The notes under the pieces were generated by a model. That model ran no database searches. It had not been told where the DNA came from and saw only the letters and a program-made list of their open reading frames with translations. Position numbers and translations under genes: made by a program. From Octopus vulgaris (lineage: Eukaryota), in contig OX597815.1 in the NCBI GenBank assembly GCA_951406725.2, positions 1,178,001 to 1,242,000 on the forward strand: 64,000 bases of DNA. Direction: 5' to 3'. Within the stretch, counting starts at the first letter, position 1. The number at the start of each line of letters is the position of its first letter. Shown here in pieces: positions 54,496 through 64,000 of the stretch.

Positions 54496-55536
54496 AAGAA
54501 GAGAATTACAGGAAGGAGTCTCATCAAGTTGATGATCTTTCAATGTTTTTATACAGAAAATGGTGAACGGTAAAGTGAAACCAACAGAACTTTGACTGTT
54601 AATAATCGTCAATGGGTTCGTATACTTTATTATTTAGAGTATTTGATATTTTTTATTTAATTCTAGATGTGTTTAGGAATATAAACCATAAGATACATTT
54701 TTTTATTCTCAGGGCTTAAATAAGAATTTATCAGAACTAGTTTACACGCAAAAAAGTTGTCGTTTTTTTAATCTTATAATCTTCTACTTCAGGGAGTTGG
54801 TTTCGACAAATTTTCTGAAAGTTCCTCTTTATATGTATTTAAAAAGTAGTGATCTTCGGAGTGAAGAACATATAACTGCGGGATTGATAACAAGACTAAA
54901 AGAATCCGGGGAAATCGGGAAACAGACTTCGGTCTTCCGAGTAAGCAGAACGAACGGGGAAACATTTAAAAGTCCTTTATTGGATCTCATTAAATGGAAA
55001 TACGTCAATTTAATTTTCTTTTCAGTGAAATCTTTTTCGAGTTATTTTAGAAACTTTTTTGGAGTGTTCCCAGCTTTAAAAAGAAAACATTAAAAAGCGA
55101 GGAAAAGTCTTTTATGACTTTTAAAAGCAGCGAACTTGGTAAAATTGTTAACACACCGGACAAAATGCTTAGTGGAATTTCTTCCGGCTTTACGTTCTGA
55201 GGTGAAATTTTGGCGAAGTCGACTTTGCCTTTCATTCATTCGGAACCGATGAAGTAGAGTATCAGAGAAATACTGGGAGCGACATAACCGACGACTCCGC
55301 ACCCCTATTGCTGGCCCTTCAAAATTTGAAAGAATTATTGTCATTGATGTTTAGGGGTTGTTGTTTTGTCTTTTCTTTTTCTCATTTTCCTTTCTATTTA
55401 GTTTATTTGCAACACAAATAAAATACTTCAAAACGGGGGTTGGGGGTGGGCGATGACGAATTCTTGTATTTCATTTCCGACTGTTAACGATTATCTGTTA
55501 ACATTCAGTTTGATTTATCACGTTGATGGTTTTCTA

Positions 55537-56053
55537 TGTATCGTCGTGGGAATTTGTTGGTGACTGAAAATGTATTTCTCGGGCTGCGTGTAGAAGTGAA
55601 TAAGCAACACTTGTGGACATTAGCAGAGAATTTATTTACTGCAGATGGTGTTTTCTGTGTTGTTCCGTTATCAGAAACTGTGACAATTGCACAACAGGAG
55701 AGAGAGACATACTGTTGGGATCTACGACAATTTAACTGATATAGAAATCCACGGCTGGCCCATCACATCTGGGAAATAGCTGCAATATATTTGTGGTGAC
55801 AAAATCTGTGTCTTCTCTCTGCTATTGGCTGGTGGTGGATGAGACTGGAGACACTGAGTGGCTGTCTCAACATTTCTGGGATTACCACCAAAACCCACCT
55901 TTATACAGGGTTTAATGAGAAAGTTCTAGAAAGTCAAATCACACGATGGTTTGTCGCTGTTTGGTAGATTAGTCGACCGATTATGTGAAACTACTGTGGC
56001 TTGGTCGTGGTGTCTAGTCGGCTATCCAGCAATTCGGTTTCGAATCCGCTACA
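55537..56053 (-). mobile_element. Solo LTR (~517 bp)
   Basis: Minus strand TGTAGCG...CGATACA termini, TATAAA then AATAAA in order; no TSD seen. Confidence 0.6.
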
Positions 56054-57409
56054 AAGGTCGAAAGTAGTGTTAACATTTTGAATAATTAATAAGAGAAAAA
56101 AATTATCTTTAACAATATTCATTAATTATGCTAAGCATTATTTATAAACATATGTATAAATTAGTGAAATATATGTTATGTGAGTGAACAAAAAAAAAAA
56201 AAAAAATAATAATTCTTTCTAATTTTGGTACCAGGTCAGTAGTTTTAAGAGGAATTGGTAAGTTGACTCCTGTATTTGACTGGTACTTTATTTTATCGAC
56301 CCCCAAAGGATAAAAGGCTGGATTTGAACTTCTGGAAGAATTTCCTTCTGAACACTTTGATACTCTAACAACTCTGCTGCTTTAAACTAAGAAATATGGG
56401 ATTGCTAAAAGATGAGACCTGAAATGGTTCTTATAAATTGAACGTGACTGATACAACAGGAATAATGACTTAGGACAGGCGTTGAGTGTTGAAACGTTAG
56501 TCTAGAGACAAATGGTTCCCGGATGCAATAAATAGGATCCCCCCCTCCCGTCAAGAATTTAAACTTCGGGGATTATATAGGACCACCTTGGTGTTCTGGA
56601 AAGTTTCATGAAGCATTTAGGCGCGAAAAATTCAACTTTTCCTTTCAACTCTCAGCAGATATCATTGACTGACGTCACAGGTGGTTGACTGGAGATTATC
56701 AAATCTAGCACAGCCAGCCACCACCACAGTGTGTGTGTGTGTGCGTGCGTGTGTATCTGTGTATGTGTATGCATGTGTGTATGTGTGTGTGTCTGTATAT
56801 ATGTGGGTGCGCACGAGTGTGTGTGTGTGTGTGTGTGTGTGGCTGGGTTAATGGTGTTATCACAACTGCGTCTGATTTTCAGTAATGCATCCATGTTTGA
56901 ACCGAGTTGTAGTGATAACGAGTGAAAGAGTGTTCTGGGATGGTTGGATGTCGTTCTTCGGTGTCATCACCATCACCAATGTCGTCGTCGTCGTTGCTGT
57001 TGTCTTTAGAATGTTACTATTCATTCTGGAAGAGGTGACAGGCAAGTCTTCATTACGAACGACGACTCGGTGCTCTTTTCCGCTGAGTGAGTCTGAAGAG
57101 ACGTTCACACCATATCAGATTCAATAGGAGACGGTGAGGTTGGAAGCTGCTGAACGAATCAAGAGCGCCACCTGTGTGTTTGGCGTTTTGTCAAATGCTG
57201 CTTACGGTAGCTCTGGAGTGAATGAATGAAACTGTGTTTCTTTGGTTGTGTGAAGAATTAACGAACGACTGACGGAAGGTTTCGTTATTATACATAGAAT
57301 ATTAACTGTGTTGAGGAGAGATGGAAAAACCGCGCCGGGCCGAAAGAAGTTACTTATGAGATATTTGTGTGACTGTTTAGTTTGGTCTAGTCAAGAACCT
57401 GGAGATGTC

Positions 57410-57640
57410 AAGACGGCGAGCTGGCAGAAACGTTAGCACGCCGGGCGAAATGCTTAGCGGTATTCCGTCTGCCGCTACGTCCTGAGTTCAAATTCCACCG
57501 AGGTCCACTTTGCCGTTCATCTTTCGGGGCCGATTAAATAAGTACCAGTTACGCACTGGGGTCGATGTAATCGACTTAATCCGTTTGTCTGTCCCTGTTT
57601 GTCCCCACTGAGTGTAGCCTCTTGTGGGCAGTAAAGAAAT
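57410..57640 (+). mobile_element. SINE family B with perfect 17-bp TSD
   Basis: AAGAACCTGGAGATGTC at 57393-57409 and 57641-57657. Confidence 0.95.
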
Positions 57641-58662
57641 AAGAACCTGGAGATGTCTGTGTAAATGTTTGGCAAGAATGAAAAAAGTGCATTTTGCGCA
57701 GCCGTCTTCCAACACTCTTCTATGGCAAGAGGTGGGACGAGTGAATGAGGCGACTGGTCTCGAAACACTCTAAAGAGTTGACCGATCACGTAAAACAATT
57801 GCGACTTGCCCGTGATGTTTGACCGCGTATCCAGAGATTCGGTTTCGAATCCCCGCTACAAGACCTCCACTTTGAGTAATTTTGTTTCGGTGTGTATGCG
57901 GTCTGTGGCCTAACGGTGTGCTCTGCGTACAATCGATGATGAGGCAAAACCAAAAAAAAAAACTTGTTTTGTGTTGCGTGGCGTCGTTCAGTTGTGGAGA
58001 AACTGAGACCCAGGGGAACTTACGTAGTCTGTAACAATTAACCACTAAAGTCTGCCTTAATTGCTTTGAAAGGAAACGATACGGTGGACAATTCAGTCCT
58101 GGAGAGAATGTCTATATATGCTCCCCACTATAAAGAGGAGACATACAACGGCAAGCTGCCAGGTAATACTCCATAGTGACGGTTAATCTTGTACGTATGT
58201 GTATGTGTGTGTGACTTTGTGTCTGTATTTGTCGCCCAACATTTCTGCTAGTTTCTCAACAGTTACAATGGGATTTTGCTCCACCAGGGTTTGCAAGACG
58301 TCCTCGTCGAGCTCTACAGATCTTTCAGGATGAGACTCGTCTTTTAGGCTGTAGTTTCCTGCTCGAAATTTCTGGAACCACCGTATACTGCATTAATATT
58401 CCTTTCACTTTCCGTTGTGTTATCTTTCTTGAACTCAGAAAGCAAAATATGCCGAATATGCTCCTTTGTCACTTCCATTATAACTTTGGAAAAATAACTG
58501 TTAAAATCGAACTGCACTCTTCAAAATTTACACTAAGAATAAGCACAAGGTAAAATTACTACCTGCTTCTGTAGCAAGTTGATGCAGGCAGTTTATCCCG
58601 TCCCCTTCCGACTTTTAATTCATGCAATTGAAAAAAGAACACATTATTTATGGGATGACCCA

Positions 58663-58721
<59 letters not shown>

Positions 58722-58784
58722 TGTGTGTGTGAGTGTATGTGTGTGTGTGTGTGTATGTGTGAGAGAGAGAGAGGAGTATGTAGA

Positions 58785-59095
58785 CACGTGGCTTAGTGGC
58801 TTGGGTATTCCGCTCACGATCGGAAGGTCGTGAGTTCAATTCTTCGCGTTGTGTTGTCTCCTTGGGCAAGACACCTTATTTCATGTTGCTCCAGTCCACT
58901 CAGCTGGTAAAAAGGAATTATACCTGTAATTCAGAAGGGGCCAGCCTTGTCACACTCTTTGTCTCGTTGAATCTCCCTGAGAACTACGTTAAGGGTATAC
59001 GTGTCTGTGGAGTACTCAGCCACGTTAATTTCACGAACAGGCTGTTCTGTTGATCGGATCAACTGGAACACTCGTCGTCGTGACCGACGGAGGGT
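58785..59095 (+). mobile_element. SINE family C
   Basis: A box TGGCTTAGTGG, B box GAGTTCAATTC, CCTTGGGCAAGACAC core. Confidence 0.85.
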
Positions 59096-59129
59096 CAGTT
59101 TTATATCTATATATTCCTAGTTTTCGTCA

Positions 59130-59440
59130 ATGGAGTGCGGCCATGCTGGGGCACTGCTGTGAAGTGATTAGTCGAACAAATCGTCACCAGTACTTATCTT
59201 TTACAGCCTGGAACTTACTAAACTTATTTATCGGTCTCCTTTTGTCAAACCGTTAAGTGATGGAGGGCAACGACAGACACAAAGACACACGCGTGTACGA
59301 CGAGCTTCTTTCAGTTTCCGTCTACCAGATCCACTTCTATGGTAGAAGACACTTGCCCAAGGTTCCACGCAGTGGGACTGAACCCAGAATCATGCGGTTA
59401 GGAAGCAGGTTTCTTATCACACACCCACGTCTGCACTTAC
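59130..59440 (-). mobile_element. Degenerate SINE family A
   Basis: Reverse complement of family head and tail with deletions. Confidence 0.7.
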
Positions 59441-61922
59441 CTTTCAAAACTGTTTAAACCTGGAGACAATGTTACGGGTTAACTGAAATGAGTTTTTATT
59501 CCCAGTCCAAACTATTTCAGTTTACGTACAACTATAATTTTTTGGGGGGGGGCGAGAGGAGGGGGAAGGCACGACTGTGAAACATTCTGATCGCTATCCC
59601 CCCTCTTAACGACTAAAGAAAAAGTTAATTGAGTTAAAAATAATTGGGCAAAAATGCCCTCCTGCTGATGATGTTTGCGTGTGAATAACTATTTTAGTTC
59701 GTTTGCTCTTCCGTACTTTAACGAATGGCTATCGTCACACAATTTCGTTGTCGGCGCAACTTGCGGCTGTTCTGTGGCATTCGGTTCCGTGATGGCGATG
59801 ATGTAAGACTTACAAACTCCTCCGCTTCTGGCAGGCTTTACTCGCAACTTCTTGCAAGTAACTTATTTCGTTAGAAAGAAGAGCAATATCTTCTTAAATA
59901 CTTAAGGTGAGTTTTTTCTTTAATATACTTCACAAAAAATAATTCTTTATTTATGCGGCGGGCGATTTATTTCAAGCGACGAAGATTTTGGTAAATTCTT
60001 GGATCTCTTCTCGGAAACTTTCTTCTATTTCATATTTAGTTTACTACTTTTTAGCTTCCTATTTTATGGTAACATGTTCCATCTTTTATTCTTTTTTCCA
60101 TTATTAAACATCTTCACATTTGTCGAAAACTCCTACACACACACACACACACACGTCTAAAGTTTGTTTTAAGATTTATGTCTGCGTAAAGTAGAAAAAG
60201 AGACACATGGGTCTTTCTATATCCCTTTCTGTGTCCGTTTTTCAATATTATCCGAAGGGGAGACTCGCTTTTCTTTTTTGCTGGTCTTTAAGATAACTTT
60301 TCCGAAAAACAATAATTTTTCCCAATTTTGGTCGATATCATATTATTGACCCCCAAAAGGATGAAAAGCAAAGATGACCTCAGCGAGATCTGAACCAAAC
60401 ATTTTGTTCGACACGCTTTTCTGATTTAGGGACAAGGTCTGAAATTGCAAGGAGAGTGGGGCCAGTCGATTGCTTCGATCGTAGTATTTCTGTGGTACTT
60501 AATTTTATTGACCCCAGAGGAATGAAAGACCAAGGGACTCCGGCGGGATGTAAACTAAAACAAATACCGCCAGGTTTTTAATTATGATAACGATTCTCCC
60601 AAATTGTCGCTTGGATTTTTGCAATTTATTAAAAATAAAAACTTAATGATTTTTTTTTTCTTTCTTTTATTTTAACTGGTCATCAGTTCTGAAAATAAGT
60701 TACCATAAAAGAGGGGTTGTTTTTTTGTTAAGACTGTACGGTGTTCTTTAAATGATATTTAGCTGTATTTCTAGCATATCGGCCGGTACACGTAGAGGCT
60801 CATCGTTTATAGTATTTGTCAAGCACTGAACTAGATGCTTCATCGTAATTAACATTCGTTAATAGACGCAAGGTTTTGGTTCCAAATGGTATCATCTATA
60901 AAGCGGGGTTTGGCGAATAAGCGGTGGCGTGTCTACACGGTCAATTTAACTGTTAGAAATAGTAGCCAAATCTCACCATGCAGTCTTGAAAAGAAAGGAA
61001 AAACGCTTTGGATCAGCGGCTGTCAGGGCAGCATGCGACCCTCAAGCATCCTTCGAACGGTTTTCCCTCCAGAAATATATATTTTTCAATTGAGTTGTGT
61101 TTTCCTTTTTTTTTTTTTACTTTGAGACCCCTAAAATAATCCAGGTTTTGTGTCTAGCCCCGGGCATAAAAAGACAGAACCACTGCTATGGATAGTCCAA
61201 AATATCTCTAAAAGCTGGTGGTCATAGTTGGGACGGCGTCTTTAACCATAGGTCGACTTGATCAAAGATACCCAACAACAATAGGGTTAGATTCAATAGA
61301 CAACGCCCTTCTTCTACCAATTCCTGGCTTTGTGCCAAAGAGATTCCATTTATTTCTTGTAGAGTTTATTAATTACACCCAGTGACATGTTAATTACGCA
61401 GCCAACTTTATTAATCCTGCAGTTAACGACAGATGGGGAAGGCCTGCTGTCTGCCCTACCCTAGCTGCTCTATCTACATCAGTTGTAAACCATTTCTAAA
61501 CCCTTCCCAGTACATTAGAATTTAAATGAGAAGTAGGACGGTGTGTGGGAAAGATGGAGAGAGAGAGAGAGAAAAGTGTGTGTGTATAGGGGAAGAGAGA
61601 GAGAGAGAGTAAGTGGGTGACAACCATTCCTTCTCGTGATGGTATTCATGCTTCCCATCCTATTAAAATTGACCCCTTGTTTCAGGAGAATAAAATGTTT
61701 TTCTCATTCTTAGAAATGACCTTCCCCTCCTCTCTCTTTCTGTGTGTGTGTGTGTGTATAACATAAATAGTATATAAACATATGCATATATACATACATT
61801 TATGTACATACCTACATCTATATGTATATATACATGCGTATATGGTTTACATGCGTATATGGTTAACATAGAAAAGGTTAACATTATTTTTATTTTGGTT
61901 GAGTCAGTCTGTTGTTACTCAG

Positions 61923-62002
61923 GAGTTTCACCTGTGGATGCACAGGATCTTCAGGTAAGCCATCATCTGCCTGAAGCTCCTGGGGACTCACAGGTGAAAC
62001 CC
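61923..62002. ncRNA. pri-miRNA-like hairpin candidate
   Basis: 35-position bulge-free stem (30 paired including 2 G-U), 10-nt loop. Confidence 0.35.
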
Positions 62003-62299
62003 AGAGCGGCAAGAGGCTTGTTCGACCATAAAATTAAAATCTAAACAGTGGCTCTTTAATTCTTCAAGTTGCTTTAGCCCAGGTCAAGCTGGATTGAGCA
62101 AACCTCAAATCAGAGGCTTTCCACCCATGACCATCCTGTTTGTCTTACCCTAACCATTGAGTACATATGACTATACTTTTCAAAGTGCCCTTCTTTAACA
62201 AGACAACATAAGTTGAGGGATGTTTGACTACTCTTTTCTGTAGGTCAACTGACCACCAGGAAGCTGCTACATTCATTCGACCATTTTCTGTAGACAATC

Positions 62300-62475
62300 A
62301 TCATCATCATTTAACGTCCGTTTTCCACGCTAGCATGGGTTGGACGGTTCAACCGGGGTCTGGGAAGCCAGGAGGCTGCACCAGGCTCCAGTCTGATCTG
62401 GCAGAGTTTCTACAGCTGGATGCCCTTCCTAATGCCAACCACTCCGAGAGTGTAGTGGGTGCTTTTTACGTGCTT
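62300..62475 (-). mobile_element. RTE-type 3' end / RTE-related SINE
   Basis: Reverse complement of 2800-2980. Confidence 0.75.
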
Positions 62476-62899
62476 TTTGTTTGAATCATTTCATTCACAC
62501 TTATGATGAATAGGAAAGGCATGAACACCACAACACCAGCTCTCACCCATCAAGGAATATTTCTGATTTAGAATGGAATAACGTTTCCTGTAGTTGAGGA
62601 CTTTGTTTCAGAACAAATCTGCTTTTGGGGTCTGTCCTGCTGCCCTCTGCTCTGGACAAGGGTCTTCTATTTTGACCCCAAACTGACCAATGCCTTGTGA
62701 GAGAATTTGGGAGATAGAAACTGTAATGAAGCTCAGCATGTGTGCGTGCACATGTATGTGTGTGTGTATTTGTGTTTGTCTTTCATTTGTTGGCAACCAA
62801 TGTTGGTTTGTTTACATCTCCATGACCAGCAGTTTGGGAAAAAGGGTCCGGTAAAATAAGTACCAGACTAAGAGTAAGTAACTCCTGGGGTCTCACCCT

Positions 62900-63064
62900 C
62901 AGTGGTTCCCACCTTGTGGTCTTCGGACCACCAGGGGTCCGCAGAGGTAGTACTAGGTATCTGTGAACATGTTAAGCTGACAGACCTTTGAATATCCTGG
63001 AGTTCGTGGGAAAACTCATTTAAATAAAAGGGGTCCTTATTAGTGAAAAGGTTGGGAACCACTG
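62900..63064. mobile_element. hAT-type MITE inserted in a SINE A tail
   Basis: CAGTGGTTCCCA...TGGGAACCACTG termini; TSD only 5/8 matching. Confidence 0.75.
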
Positions 63065-64000
63065 GTCAATCTGTTTCAAGGCACTGCTCCAGCATGGCTG
63101 CAATTCAATAATAAAAGAAGTCTATATAACAGACGTCAGCATGGACGACAGACATTGAATGATGATGATGATGATGCTCTCTCTACACAACTTCATAGAT
63201 GTCTGTCTTCCTATCTCTCTCTCTCTCTCTCTCTCACCTCAGCCCCTTATGTCACTATTTTTAAGTCCATATTTAAAAACTGACACAATTTCTCAAATTT
63301 CTTAAACAGAATTCTGTTTAAATGTTAGGACAATCTCAAAGAAATGGTGCCAGGTTTAACATCTTTCTAACCCTAATACAAGGAAAACTTTTCAGAGGAA
63401 ACCTTTTTGTTAATGTCAACAGACATTTGGTGGAGTAGAGAGTAATTTTAGTCCAGTCTCCAGTCGCCATCTGGTGGCATTAATTAAAAAGGTTTGTTAG
63501 TGTGAACAAAGCTTAGTGAGATGAGACACCATATTGTTCATGTTGATGATGATGATGATGATGATTTTGTGATCTAAGTTGGTTAGCAGAGAGGAACAAG
63601 GATAGCCAACCCTGCCCCCCACCGTATATTATTACCTCATACTTGTTGTTTAGTACTAGTTTCAGCTGATCTCTGATGAAAGATATTCCAGCTGTGACCA
63701 TCCTGTCTTTTATTCAGGCATACTGTATCAAAGATTAAATATACTTCCTTTTTTTTTTATGAGAGTAGGGTGTGATTTGAGGGAGATTTTAGTGACTGTT
63801 TTTAGCAGATCCGGCTTCCACCTAGCAGTCCCTATGCTGTCTAAACAGGATTCATTCCACTTTGGTATAACTTTATTTAGATTTAAGTAAAAGGGAAACG
63901 GTTTTTTATAAGTACTCTAAAATATTGTTTAGTCTGGCATTCTTTGTTGCTGTTGTTGTAGAGGAGGAGGGGGATATTTTCTTTCTAACTGGGCACGGAA

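Overview
AT-rich, microsatellite-saturated animal genomic DNA. Its repeat content (several high-copy tRNA-derived SINE families with internal (TA)/(TG) tracts, RTE- and CR1-type LINE remnants, non-autonomous Helitrons) looks like an Octopus-type cephalopod genome; this is an inference. Almost all long ORFs in the supplied track are simple-repeat artefacts. Mobile content: a degenerate ~3.1 kb hAT (SPIN/GTF2IRD2-like) transposon, Tc1/mariner fragments, MITEs of Merlin-like (8-bp TSD), piggyBac-like (TTAA) and hAT type, CRE-clade and Penelope-like retroelement fragments, and a solo-LTR family. Signals beyond ordinary repeats: (i) a phase-consistent 3-exon + strand gene model (17044/17086-24994) for an unrecognised ~97-111 aa protein that the ORF track misses; (ii) an intact type I hammerhead ribozyme (289-373, minus) plus several minimal or degenerate hammerheads in Penelope-like tails; (iii) a bulge-free 35-bp pri-miRNA-like hairpin (61923-62002); (iv) a structured RTE-derived element with two alternative folds. 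All structures were read by eye; no database search or folding was run.
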